Of a stretch of DNA of 64,000 nt, positions 25,283 to 38,467 are shown in pieces. The notes below the pieces were generated by a model. The model was not told the DNA's origin. It saw nothing but the letters and a program-made list of their open reading frames with translations, and searched no databases. A program made the position numbers and the translations under genes. Each line of letters opens with the position of its first letter. Within the stretch, counting starts at the first letter, position 1. Source of the stretch: Paraspadella gotoi (taxonomy: Eukaryota > Animalia > Chaetognatha); assembly GCA_051294375.1 (NCBI GenBank), contig CM119266.1, forward strand, positions 4,772,573-4,836,572, read 5' to 3'.

Positions 25283-27522
25283 CCCTCCCTCTCCCCATCG
25301 CCCATCTTTTGTATCCCTCTGTCTCCGATCTCCACAACCTCCCCAACGCACAGCCGTCGATTCCGCCCGAGATTTCGCCTCCGAGCGACGAAAGACTCAT
25401 CAATGGGTGACGAGCGTTTCCGGCGTCGCATCCTCCGAAGTCTCCAGCGCCGTCGCCTCGAGCGTCGACGGCGTCGTCCGCAAGACCTCGGCGCCGCCCA
25501 TTCATCGAGGCCTCTCGGTTCCGACGAGGACGTCGGCGCCGAGAACTTCGCCGGGCGATGAGCGGCGCTCCGAAGACGGCGTCGCTGGCGCGGCAGCAGC
25601 AGTAGCGGGACTCGACGGAGCCGCGGTCAACGTTTCGCCCGGTGCTGCAGCCGCGTCCGTTCGTTGTCCGCGTAATCAGCGAACCCGTCCGTCCGTGTCG
25701 TACGCGGGCGGACCGCCGCCGACGGCAGCGCCATCTCCTCACCGTAGAGTGAGGCAGTTGAGCGAGAGCGCGATGGAGGCCAACGCTGTGGTGAGAGGGG
25801 CTTTGATGGAGAGAGATACTTTGATGGGGTTGGGGGAAATATATGGAGTTATATCTCAATCTGGATTTTTCTTGGTTCCCTTTCGCCCTCTCTTTTTATA
25901 TATTTTTCTCTTTCTCTCTCTCTCACTCTCTCTCCTTTCTAAAGCCGTTAAGAACACCCTCCGCCAACCACTTGGTCGACCTGCACCAATTCTTGACCTC
26001 AGAGCAAATCGCATCTTTGCTTTACGGTTCCCCTCGTCCATCGCTCATCGCTAAAACCCTTTCAAGCCTGTCGGTAAAATTTGGTCGGCAATTTCCTCGG
26101 TTTTGTCCGAAAGCGAAATACTACTCAGCGCGCAATCTATTTATGATGTTGTACTATTAATTATCATTCGTCGTAGTGTTGTTATATTCCTTATCATTTG
26201 GTTCCTTCCGCATTTCCTCCGTATAATCTTTGTAGTGTATAATATACAATTGTACATTATACACTGTATATAATTTTTTCTCACCTATCGTTTAGTTTCA
26301 AACTAACCACTATTGTGATCCGTGTTTTATCATACGTTTCGTACCAGTCATTTCAACGCTTATATCGTGTTATGATTAAATTGACCTTACGTTTTCATTT
26401 AATTTTTATCGTTTACTTTTTCGTGTAAAATTTATTTCGTGCTCTTCCGTTACAATTTCTCAATATTAAAAAAAAGAATTGTTTTATTCAGTTCTCTCTT
26501 CATTCGCAGAATAGAAAATTCTTGATTATTGGCGTCGTATTTTGAAAGAGTGCCAACACTTATTTTTTTTTTCCCCGAGGCATTTCTACTCTGTCTCTAG
26601 TTTACCGCCACGCGCCACCGTTATTTAATTTAAAGCTTCAATAAATTCTATCTCATCTTATTTAGTATTTAATTATTTTCATTATTTTTTCCCTTTGTCC
26701 AATCTGTGACGCTATGAAATTAAAAACTCCGATGGTGAGATTTCTAACGAATTGACGAGTCGCTCTTTTGTTTTGACAGGCGCCGGAGTCCTACGTGGAA
26801 ACAGGCTTAGAGGGCAGCGGCGGCGGCGGCGGGAACGGGCCGTCGACTCCCAGCGGAGGCGCCACTCCCGTCAGGAGTCGTCAAAACAGGTTGGCGTGAA
26901 AGGGAAGTGTGAAAATGGGGCTCGATGACGCGAAACTTGAGATTTAAGTTCTTCCTTACTAAAGTCACTATCGGCTTAAGTGTTCAGTGAACCGCCTGTG
27001 TGAACACTGTTCACACAGTTCATAATGAGCCTCATGTCTTGAATATAAACGTCATTAAAATTTTATCTCTGCTCTCTCGGGTATTAGTTTTTGCTCAACT
27101 AATTCTTTGGAAACTCGAGATTCGCACAAAAAGTTTCATTATTTTTTAAACGGTAATTTTGTAGGATTCAACCCAATTCCTGTTTCTATAAGTTGTAACC
27201 CTTCTAGGTCATATATCAGTTTCAGAAATAAGTTTCTAGTGTAAAAGATTAGGTTATGGGTTAGGGATTAAGGTTATTGGATATTGGATATAGGACCAAG
27301 TTGAGACCTTAAGAACAGGAACTTTCTAAATGTAGAGCTCTTCTGTTCAACCAATTATCGAAATGTGAAATTCCCCTTGCTTTTCACACCCCCTCTCTTT
27401 GCCTGTTCATTCACCGAAGCTACAGTCAACACAAAAAACCCGCCGCTCTGAACCCAATAACATCTCGTGTCCCCACAAGACGTCGCAGAACATCAGGAGA
27501 ACATCAGGTAGCGGAACGTGAG
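24559..27522 (+). CDS. Candidate further Piezo exons encoding a low-complexity loop: 24559..24661, 25354..25790, 26780..26889, 27426..27507/27522
   Basis: GC-rich islands with pyrimidine-tract AG acceptors and GT donors. Phases chain 0>1>0>2>0 from Piezo exon 8 without stops. No conserved motif is recognisable, so assignment to Piezo is inference. Confidence 0.5.
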
Positions 27523-28259
27523 GTAAACAATAACATTCTCTTCTTCTTTTCCCGCCAAAGCTTCGACGACGAGCCAAGATATTTTGTCTGCAAATTGGGG
27601 GGGGGGGAAATATTGTTTTATTTGGGCAGGGAGTAATTAAAAAAGGGATATTGTTAGAGTATTGTTAGAAGCCTTGGTGGGAAACTGCTTTCTTTTCTTA
27701 CCTACCCTAGTTTATTATCAGCGGTATTATCGCGTATGTTTTCTGGCTATGTTAAAGATTTCGTTTTTTAGCCGTTTTTCTTTAAACCAAGTTTCGTACT
27801 ACGACATGTTAACCAATGGGTTTGGCCATCCGGTAGATTCGGCCATCCGGTAGACTCGGTATGATTGGTATCCAAATTCCTTAGTACTGTTATTTTACAC
27901 TAGATTACTTGTCATTTATTTTTATCTCAACTGATCGGAGAATGTATCGTGTTGGATGTAATGAGATTGGAATCGTTCGAAAAGCCCAACGTTTGGGTAA
28001 GGGACGCTGAGGTAGGTTCTCTTTTTCTCGGTTTCGAATCTAAGGGGAAATTCTATTAGACTATCGACTCTGTCCCTCTGTCGGGAATGATTTGAAACTA
28101 TCTCTGACTCCGTTCCTCCCTCGAATGAAAACAAACTGAATTAAATTTATCGTCTTTTTTTTAATGTAAAAAAAATGTACAAACGCGGGCTACAATTTGT
28201 CGTAGTGCTACAAAAGTTGTTTATATCAATTTCACATTGAAGAGTTTATGAATCACAGC

Positions 28260-28672
28260 CGGGAAAAAGGAGGAGGGGAGAGAATGAAAGGAAAAGGTAG
28301 GAAAAAAAGGGAAAAAGGGAGGAAAGAAAAGGGAAAAGGGAGGAAAGAAAGGGAAAGGAGGAAAGAAAAGGGAAAGGGAGAAAGAAAGGGAAAAGGAGGA
28401 AGAAAAAGGGAAAAGGGAGGAAAGAAAAGGGAAAAGGAGGAAAGAAAAAGGGAAAAGGGAGGAAAGAAAAGGGAAAAGGGAGGAAAGAAAAGGGAAAAGG
28501 GAGGAAAGAAAAGGGGGAAAAGGAGGAAAGAAAAGGAAAGGGAGGAAAGAAAATGGAAAGGGAGGAAAGAAAATGGAAAGGGAGGAAAGAAAATGGAAAG
28601 GGAAGAAAGAAAATGGAAAGGGAAGAAGAAAGGAAAGGGAAGAAAGAAAGGGGGAAAAAGGGAGGAAAGAAT
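28260..28672 (+). repeat. Near-pure purine tract (GGAAAAGGGAGGAAAGAAAA-like repeats)
   Basis: About 400 nt almost free of pyrimidines. Similar tracts at 55750-56040, and on the other strand at 15870-16060 and 11790-11985. Confidence 0.85.
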
Positions 28673-28973
28673 CGAGGGGAACACGCTGACGAAGGTTGTT
28701 AACATCTCTGAGGTATTGAATGCGATGAATCATTAAACTCAATCATAAAATTCATTAGATTAATTCATGAAATCCTCGTTTTCGAATGTCGCGGTGAAAA
28801 AAAAAAGCTGGCATCGTTCTAAAAAAAAAGCGCATCGGATAATTTTAAAGAAAATAAAAAAATAAAAAAAAGTAATAAAAGAATTTCTAAGACAAAAGAA
28901 CAAAAATGAATTTCGATTTTTTTCTTTTTTAAATTCATCGCCTTTTGTGTTTGGTTTTTTTTTCACATAATTT

Positions 28974-29136
28974 CTAAAGTCGATATGCGTTGGTTTCGTA
29001 ACCGGTGGCGATTCGCGGGGCGGTACTGTCCTCCATCGATCCATAGATGGCGCCAGAGTTTCGTCTCTCGCTGCTTTGACTTCGGACCGAGCCGGCGCCA
29101 CCTAGAAGGGCGCGATCTCTCTCTGAGGCGGAGTAG

Positions 29137-29171
<35 letters not shown>

Positions 29172-31139
29172 AAGGGATGGAGGTGGGGAAGGAACTTCAT
29201 ATGAATCTCGTCGTTCGTGGAGAGCGGACTCGCGAAAGGCGGGGCCTGACGACTCGCGAAAGGCGGGGCCTGACGACTCGCGAAAGGCGGGGCCTGACGA
29301 CTCGCGAAAGGCGGTAGCGCCTGATGAATCCCGAAAGGCGGTAGCGCCTGATGAATCCCGAAAGGCGGTAGCGCCAGACGACTCGCGATAGGCTATGGCG
29401 CCTGAAGACTCGCGAAAGGCTGCAGGGCCTGTTGGCTCGCGATAGACGGGGCCTGACGCCAGGCGACGTGGTGGAATCGCGATCTCGCCTGTGGAAGAGA
29501 AAGGAGGGTGAGGAAAGAAGTAATGAGAAGGGCGAGGCAGCAAGACTTAAAGCTGCTTCACTGCTCTCCGTCCTCAGCCTTGTCTAAATGGCTCAACAGG
29601 CTAAATAATCTCGTTTCAACCATGCGTCCCGGGTTCAATCCCTGACTTAAATGTGACGGAGCCGGTCTAAACATGTCAGTGACCGGAAGCGGTCACTGAG
29701 CCCCTCCGCCAGTTGGTGAGATACCCCACGCCCCGGATATCACAGGCAAACCTCCCGTTGCCATAAGGAAAGGTTTTTCGCACGCAGGAACAAGATTGGA
29801 AGGCAAATCCCTTCGAGGAAAAGCGAGAGAGAGAGAGAGAGAGTGAGTGAGAGTGAGAGAAAGTTAATAAAAAATGAACCGAGGCTCTCGAGTCTGAATA
29901 TCGAATCGCGAAGGTAAATTGAACGTGCGAACGGAAGGAACGAAAGGAAGGAACGAACGGAAGGAACGAACGAAAGAAACCAACGAAAGGAAGGAACGAA
30001 CGAGACGCAGCGCTTGAACTCTTGATCCGATTTTGGGATCTTAGAGGAAAAAAAAAATTGTTTCTCTCTGTTATCGAATCTGATTTGCAATAAGTGCCGA
30101 TGGCAACTTGTTATTTCTGTGAGATTGTGATAGAATTGGTGAGTGAGAGAATGTGATATTGACTATTGACTTGGGGGGGGGGGTAAAGAATTATACCGGT
30201 GTTTGAATTTCATGCGTTTTAGTCTTATTATCATAAGGATGATATTACTGTAAATTTTCTCCGATGAAATTACCCTAAAATAATCTCAACAATGAATTTA
30301 CCGTATTCTTCTACTTCCTCTCCATCGATGACCGACATCGGGATCGATCGTTGACTCATTTCCTCGATATCGCGATTCCTCGCTTCTCGATCGTTCGCCC
30401 GTCTCGTGCCCGGTCCGCTCTGTCCGCTCTGTCCGCTCTGTCCGCTCGGCCCCCAATCGTACACTCGGGCAGTGGATTGTCGGGAAAGCGTCGGTCGGGC
30501 AAAGGCCGGCGATTGCTCGGTCAAAGGCATCGAGATCGAGGCTCGACTGACTCGACGAACCGACGCGAATTCCGTCGCGGCGCCGCGAGAGGTTGGCGCC
30601 GGCGCCGGCTGGTAGTGGCGCGATGGACCGGCGTCGTCTGAAATAAATACAAATTAAAAATAATCATTGTTATCAATTGATATTAGATAAGTGAGATGCC
30701 CCATCCCAATGGGCATCACGGGCTTTTGCCATAATGGCCTCCATCTCTATTCTCTAAATCTCTTCCAAGAAAATTTTATATGAATATTAAATTTATTCAA
30801 TATTTATTTGAAATATTTAATTTTATGATGGGGAAAGATGCATATTTTATCTGAATTACTTGGAAATTGGAATGTACTTAGACTAAAAACCTTAAAAATT
30901 AATATGCCTCATTTAATTTTTGAATTGAATAAGTAAGTTCGAATCTACAAGTATTTATTAAAAATAAAAACACCAAAAATATTTCTCTTCTCGCGGTCGA
31001 AAAATTATCCCTAATTTTTTTTTTTTTTTAAATTATCGTATCTGACGGAATTGATTTGTTTTGCCCAGAGGGAAAATTTAATCCGGGTTTCATTTCTCAT
31101 TTATTATTAATTACGCTTTGTCGCGTAAGGGAGAGGGGA

Positions 31140-31186
<47 letters not shown>

Positions 31187-31398
31187 GTCGTCGGTTTTGC
31201 TTTCCTGATTCATTGCGAATAAAGTGGAGCTTTCGTTTCATTTTTCAATGAGAGAGTGGAAGTCAGGGGGGGGGAGGAGTGGGGAGGAGGAGGAGGAGGA
31301 GAAAAAGGGAAAAATTGACTTGAGATATTTTCATATTTTCTCTTCCTTTTTCCCGCGCTGTTTGCCGCCTGCGTTACTTGACGCCAGCTGAGATGCCA

Positions 31399-31456
<58 letters not shown>

Positions 31457-32463
31457 ACCAGTATCAAATTTTAATCAGGCCGTCGATTTTCACACGAGCG
31501 AGGGAAGGGAAAAAAAAAAGATGGCGTCCGTAAGGAATCGCGATTCGCTCAGCGCCTCTAGCGGCGAAACTTACAAACGTCGTTGGTTCCCGACGCCGCG
31601 TAGAGTTCGTCCAACTCTTGAAGAGTGATGCGATCGTCTTCCTTCGTCGACGCCCTCGCGACGACGGCGTCGTTTCTGACGAGCCGCTGCGACGCCGATC
31701 GAAGCGGTTGTCCGCGCCTCGACGCTGCAGAGCCGGATCTGACGGATCGCTGCGCCGCTGAGGCTGGGCGCTGTTGCTGCGGCGGGTCTCGATCGAAGGA
31801 GGCGTCCGGAATATCGACGGAGCCTCCCGTGGCGCCTAGATTGATAGAGAGCGGATAATCGTTTAAACAAATTTTGTGACAAAAGTTTTTTTAAATATTG
31901 ATAATGACTTTCTTAGCTATTTTCACTTACCCTCGAGGTGAGGTTCGACTGTGTGACTGATCGAAAAAACGCGCGGCTCTGTGTTCGTCACGTGACCCTG
32001 AGAAACGACTGATTCTTCGACGGGGGCGGCGCCTGGCGGTCGGGAAGGAAATAACAAAAGGGAATCGGGATTTTAAAAAGGGTCTTTTGAACGCTGTTAC
32101 AGTTCAGTAGTAACGATTGAATATTTTTATATATGTATGTAACAAAGTGATGTGATAATAGATTAAATTAAAAAAATTAAAAACAAACAAAGGCCTTAGC
32201 TTTTTCGATCATTTTCTTGTTTTTTTAGGCTATTTTTAAAACTAAAACTAAAAATGGCCGCGTCTACGCCACTTTTTCTTAATTAAAACTAATGCACGCA
32301 ACCTCTCCCGATTTTTTTCATTAAAAAACAGAAGAAGGGAAGTTAAAGGGGAAACTATTAAGTTTTCCGACGGCCGCTAAAAAAAAAGATAAATATCTTT
32401 CGTCATTAAGAAACTCACTTTGGAACCTGACGAGATCGTTGCGAGACGACGACAGCCCGGAAT
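28974..32463 (-). CDS. Probable long cytoplasmic C-tail exons of the class C GPCR: complement(32419..32463, 31931..32032, 31575..31835, 30302..30637, 28974..29488), ending ...GYETNAYRL*
   Basis: Four symmetric phase-1 exons (45, 102, 261, 336 nt) plus a terminal exon, all with good splice sites and open in one frame. Linkage to the TM7 exon needs a phase-1 donor (A|gtcagg near 34250) or an unseen exon. The phase-0 donor at 34245 instead gives an early stop (…FLRVT*). Confidence 0.6.
29580..29740 (+). mobile_element. tRNA-derived SINE-like head with Pol III A/B boxes and a hairpin
   Basis: A box tggctcaacagg (29589), B box ggttcaatcc (29632), perfect 10-bp stem tcagtgaccg-gaag-cggtcactga (29676-29699). 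No complete cloverleaf. Confidence 0.45.
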
Positions 32464-32476
32464 CTGAAGAATTAAG

Positions 32477-32659
32477 AGGGGAGGAGTGAGGGAGGTATAG
32501 GAACTCTCGTTAAGGGGAGGAGTGAGGGAGGTATAGTAACTCTCGTTAAGGGGAGGAGAGAGGGAGGTATAGTAACTCTCGTTAAGGGGAGGAGTGAGGG
32601 AGGTATAGTAACTCTCGTTAAGGGGAGGAGTGAGGGAGGTATAGTAACTCTCGTTAAGG
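32477..32659 (+). repeat. 36-bp minisatellite, ~5 copies
   Basis: Unit taactctcgttaaggggaggagtgagggaggtatag. Confidence 0.9.
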
Positions 32660-33639
32660 AACGACGAAAGATTGATATCGTTTAAAATTCCAAACAAAGA
32701 GAAAATGGGGGAGGGGAACTGTCTTGGTTGAGAAAAGGCAGGAAAGGAAAGGAGGGGGAGTTTAAACTTGAAAAGAGTTTAGATAAATTAAACTTTTTAC
32801 TTTTTAATTGAAATGAAGAAATTCTTTTTAAAAAGGGGTGGCTGATAGTCGTGGGGAACCGCGTTTAAATTTAATTAAAGGAGTAAATTTTTTTTTTATC
32901 TTGGTTCAAACGGGGCGAATTCTATTATTTATTTTTTTTTATTTCTTTGTTAGTTATTTACATATTTCACCTTTTTGAATTTTAGGAATAAAGAACTTGA
33001 AGTGATTCTTGTTGACCGTCGCCCAATTTTTAAAAACCGCCGAGTGATTATCATGAAGTGGGCTCGTTTCCTGTTATGAGAGGAAAAGAGAATCAAACTT
33101 TACATGCTGAAATTTCCTTTCGATGTTTTCAATGTGAGAATTAAAAAGCTACTTTATATTTTTAAAAAGATCACAGACAGAAAAATACATTAATTCGTTT
33201 TTTTTTACCCCAAAACCTTTTTACATATATATCTTTAAGGCTCCTAGCCGACAAAAAAATACGCTCAGACCGACGGCCCGAAAACGTTAGCAACCACTGC
33301 GTCTCCATTGACGACGGGAATACAAACGACGTTGTTTAACGGCATCAAACATTAAGCGGCTGAGCTCCTTTCCGCTTCCTCCTCCCCCCTTACCGCCCCC
33401 CTTTGAAAAAAAAAAGGTAAACAAACATTTAACTGCGCTTATAAAAAAAACCCGTTGGGCCGAACGAGCATCCGCGATCTCTTACGAGTTCCGAGAAAAG
33501 TAAACAAAGATTAAAGGCGCTCACACAAAACGCCACGCCCCCTTCATATTCTCCACCCGCCCCCCTTCTTCCGGGCGCGAGCGTTCGGCCGCGACGCGCA
33601 AACAAACGATAACCGGAAAAACAAACAAAATATCTCTGT

Positions 33640-34240
33640 CCTGGTGAACGCCATCGAGTCGAGACCCATGCTGGTGAACCTTATCCTGCAGAAACTTATC
33701 CTGGAGAACCCCATCCCGGCGAAACCCATACTGGAGAACCCCATCCGGCGAAACCCATACTGGAGAACCCCATCCCGGCGAAACCCATTATGGTAAACCC
33801 CATCCCTGCGAAACCCATTATGGTAAACTCCATCGGAGGAAAACACATCCTGGAGAACCCCATCCCGGCGAAACCCATTATGGTAAACCCCATCGAGGCA
33901 AAACACATCCTGGAGAACCCCATCCCGGAGAAACCCATCTGCATCCCGCCATCCCATTGAACCTGTGAGCCTCGTCTCAGATAACCCCTTTTAGCCAATC
34001 TACCCATCCCGGGTAAAAACCATCGCGGACAACACATTGAGGCAAAAAAACCATCCGGGTAAAACCCAATCCTGGGGGAAACCAATCTTGGAAAGTTGCA
34101 ATAACCATTTCAGAAAATCCATTTCTGTTGTATCCGATCCAGGCAAAAAACTCATCCAAGCAAAAGAGGTCTGGCAAAACCTAATCCCGGCAAAACGCAT
34201 TTCCGGCAAACCCCCATCCCAGCAAAACCCCAGCCCGGCC
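33640..34240 (+). repeat. Degenerate 15/30-bp minisatellite
   Basis: Unit ~aaacccatactggagaaccccatcccggcg; abuts the donor of the TM7 exon. Confidence 0.85.
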
Positions 34241-34244
34241 GAAC

Positions 34245-35734
34245 CTGACTTCCGGCGACCCAGTAGCGATAAGATGATCGACCGAAACAATGTTGAAGGG
34301 AAAGTTGAAAGGCGAGAAGTAGAACTGCAGTTGCGAGACATCCGGCGCTGAGACAGGCAGAGTTAAAGGCGGGTGGGGCTGGAAGGGTGTAATTAATTAG
34401 TTTATTAATAATTAATGAGTTTAAAATTAGAAAGCCGTTATGACGACAGTCTTACCCCTAGGTTTTTTTTTTATTCCGGCTTTTGGATTGGGTTTAATTA
34501 GTCGGCAATTATCTAAAATTTTATTATTTTTCATTAAATTTAAAGAGGTAACATTCTCAAAGCCATTATGGCAACGGCCTTCCTCTGCTTTCCTTCTTTA
34601 TATTTTTCAGGCTGGGGAAAGAGTGGGGATGAAATTAAGTTGATAATTATGATCTAAAATTTCATAATTAATCATTGTTCGTTTACATTTTGAAAGATAT
34701 AATTACATGGCAACAACCTTTCCCTCTTTTTTTTTCCAAACGAGTTTTATATACGTAAACAAATCGAGGACAGCTGGCGTTTTGGATCCAAATGTTGGAA
34801 ATTTATTGTAAACATCTAAGGCCATATTTTTTTAATTTTACGGACGTAACAAAATACGCGGCTGTTCTTGGAAGAATTTAATCTTTCTTTTACATCTCTT
34901 CCTCGTTTCTATAACCGTAAGGGAAGATTAAGAAAGTGACTTTTTTTTCCCTAATTTTCATTAATCTCTTTTTGGGTTCTTATTCTGCTCTGGATAAATT
35001 ATTTGCTTCTAATCTTGTATCAATAAATCGATACACATTGAAAACAGCTCTGGATGAATTGATTTTAATTTCGTAAAGATTTCGTGATTTTAATCCATAT
35101 CGATCCATCCTATCACAAGGAATTCCTCACCCTCTCTAACTCACCAGCGTAAAAAGCGACGAGCCACGCGATCCACAGCGCCGCGGCGATACAGAAAGTC
35201 GCCAGCAGCCGCCGCGCTTCCTCCTGCAGCAGCCGCAGGCGTCGCCGCAGGGACGACGAGCCTCTCGGGCCGCGGGACCGAGTGAGGCTGGCGGCGTTGG
35301 AGGTGGAGTGTCCGGCGGGGGTGTCGGCGACGAGGTGGTTGGGTGTGTTGAGGGTAGAAAGACTCGGTTCGAGGAGAGAGAAACCGCCCGTCTTTTCGTA
35401 GATTCGCCAGGCGTCGGTGCAAGGAAGGGTGGCTGTGATTAAGAGGCCTGGAGATATGGAAAGATTTAATTTATTTATTTGTTTATTTAAATTGTAAGCA
35501 ATTAATTTCGCAACTTCGTTGTATTAACCTTAACCATACTCGAGGATACTTTCGAATTTGATTAGTTTCATTAAAAAAACATTTCATGATACTATTTCCG
35601 CATCAATCCAACCCAAAAAAACTCCATTTATATTTTATTGTAATAAAAATGGTTTTTTGTCGCTTTTTGAAGAAAAAAAATGGCCTCACAGGAGGAAATT
35701 GAGACCCCATATTATGGAGCGTTTTACTTCCTGA

Positions 35735-35777
<43 letters not shown>

Positions 35778-36153
35778 TTCCACGATTCTTTCCCTCTTAG
35801 AATTGAAAATTCCATCGTTGAGTGACTCTTGTTGACTCTTGAAATCCGGGCGGAATTTTTACCTCTGAAAAACCACTTTTATTCAACCTTAAATCCCTCC
35901 ATAAAAAGTGACTCTCTCTCTGTCTTTCTCTCTTTCTCTCTCGCTCCCAAGCGTCCACTTTATTGCCTTCCGCGAGGGAAACCACTCAATAAACTAAGAG
36001 ATTCTTTTTTCTCTCTTTTCGCCTTAAAAAAAAAGAACTCGTTACACTAACGGTTATTAGTCTCTGCGATTAAAAAAGAGAGAAGGGAAAAAGCTTTGGA
36101 GGTTGTCAGCCTCGTTAAAAAAAGAGCTAAAAAAATCTTTCTTTTTTATAGAG

Positions 36154-36204
<51 letters not shown>

Positions 36205-37473
36205 TTTCTCGGTAAATGACTCTCACTCTTGAAAAAAAAGCGTAACAGTTGGCGGAAAAGTCTTAGCTAGGGATTTTACGAAGCGAGACGATGGCTCTCT
36301 CTCACTCTCAACTTTTCCATCTCCCTCTCTCTCTCCCTCACTTCCTCCCTCCCAATCTTTTAAAGTTTTCTCAGCCACTTTCCTTACGATTTCTTTAGAA
36401 AAACTAAATTAGGGATAGAGACGTCGAAAAAGGACGTCTAATTAAGATTTCAAAAGAGTTAAAAACTTTGGTGAGGAAGTTCTGAGTTCTAGTTCTCACA
36501 AAAAACAGATGACAGACTAACAGTAAATGTGACTGACAATGTTGACATAATTTGTTTTTGGTTGAAGAATGCTCTCTCTCTCTTTCTTTCTCTCCCTCTC
36601 ACCCAAAACTAAGAGAACCATGACGTAAACGAACGAGGCGACGAATTCCGTCTTCCCGATGTCGCAGACGTTGACGACCAGTTGGTGGTGCTGCTCCGCC
36701 GCTCCGTCCGCGGCCTCGCCCTCCAGCGTCGAATTCTGCAGGTGCACTCTGTACCGGAGCAGCGGCCGCGGCGTCTGAATCCACTGCTGCAGATCGAGGG
36801 CGAGCTGCAGGGCGACGATGAAGGACAGCAGCAGCCAGTGGAGGCAGGAGAGGGGCACGTGGGTAGGGATGGCGTCTGGAAAGAGAGGGGTAGGGGTAGG
36901 GGGTGGGGTAAGTCAGGATTACAGGAGTTTAAGTGAATATATAGAGATATACTACGAATTATAAATATAATAATTGATCTTATTTATTAATAAATAAGCC
37001 CAAGACATAGGGGATTAATTTACTGGTTTTAAAGTTTGTGGGGATTGTGAAATATAACTATTTTGTAAGAACGAGTTCTTTAGAAATTATAGCCAGTCCA
37101 GTGTTCAAATTCGGAATAATTCCTATATTGGTTGTATCAAATTTTATAATTTACATCCAACACTAAAATTCTATCAGATAAATGTAGTATGGTGATTGGT
37201 TAAACTAGTGATCTTGTAAAGAAAAAAAAGGTTGAGCGGAAATCTTATCGGGTCATAAAACCTTATTGGGTCAGGCTGTGAAAAAGGGAAGTTAAAGGTG
37301 AAGGGATCTTAGAAGTGAAGGTTGATCGGTGGTTGGCAGAATGTGAGGAGGGAAGAGTGTGAAGTAAGTAAGAAGTGAGAAGATGTGTGAACGAGAAATA
37401 AAATGAAATCGGACGCGCACGAGTTGAGATGGAAAAGGAAAATGGAGATTTAAAAAAAGAGAAAACGGACTTG

Positions 37474-37515
<42 letters not shown>

Positions 37516-38390
37516 CACCCCAGCGGAAGGGACAGAGTACATTTGAAGTGGAGGGGGCGTGGAAGATAATCCCGTCGGTTTTGAATTCTCAATTTTTAGA
37601 GACGAAGGAAAGTTATTTCTTTTTCTTTTTTTTTTTACATAAAAAAAAATTCTTCTGTATCGGGATCTGAATGTGGAGGAAGAAAAAAAAATTGTGGTTG
37701 GAAGGAAATTGGAACAGAATCCATTCCATTCTTTTTTCTTTCCTCTCGCTCTCTATTTTTCTTTTCTTTATTTCTTTATTTTATCCCGCGTTTCCTTATG
37801 CCTATTCTTATCTCCCTATTTATATTCTATTCTATTTTATTTTATTCTATTCTTATCTCACTATTTCTACTTTCCTTCCACCGATACAGTATCTTAATCG
37901 CTTCTACAACCACGCCCCCATGCAAACGCCCACACATCTACCACGCCCCCACACAATCGCCCACACATCAACTACGCCCCCACACAAAAGCCCACACGTC
38001 AACCACGATTCCCTCTCATCGGGCTTCACTTTCCTCCCTCCACACCCCGCCGCAGTCCCCGTGTCCTGAGGCAGTTAAACTTACTCGGGTGAGTTATTTC
38101 GATTCCAAATGGGTTTTATTTCTCGCGTTATCATCGCGAATTTTCCAGAGTAAAATTTCTTGTCTCGGACCCGAAAAGATAAAAACCTCCAACGGCCAAA
38201 AAAAAAGAGGAGGGGGGAGAAGTTGCTTAAAGATGGCGGCGTGGAGGGGGGGTTAGAGGTTAAAGGGTCTTTCATGGGAGGTAATGTCTGGGGCGACCCA
38301 GGGGGCAGGGGGGCAAAGCCGCGGGGGTTGAGGTTACCCTCTAGAAACGCGCGCGTGCCGATTTCTTGGCGAGAGAGAGAGATGAAAACG

Positions 38391-38467
<77 letters not shown>

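Noticed and set aside
27825-27858. Short direct repeat ggccatccggtaga(t/c)tcgg
   Set aside because: Two copies of a simple local duplication with no associated structure.
28221-28742. Long K/E/R/G or F/S/L/P ORFs (also 11545-12198, 15777-16250, 22338-22961, 52214-52705)
   Set aside because: Stop-free translations of purine/pyrimidine tracts and (AG)n microsatellites.
29225-29425. Tandem CTGAnGA...GAAA motifs on + resembling a hammerhead array
   Set aside because: Only 5 nt lie between the core boxes, and there is no stem III/NUH geometry. The motif is the reverse complement of codons for FRESSG in the receptor tail.
29585-29650. tRNA gene
   Set aside because: A/B boxes are present, but acceptor and anticodon stems cannot be formed; treated as SINE-like.
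32477-32659. 36-bp repeats (and 30-bp repeats at 13141-13312) as a CRISPR array
   Set aside because: Head-to-tail units with no unique spacers, no cas genes, eukaryotic intron context.
33544-34341. MGFxx-repeat ORFs
   Set aside because: Translation of an intronic 15/30-bp minisatellite; the frame shifts between units.
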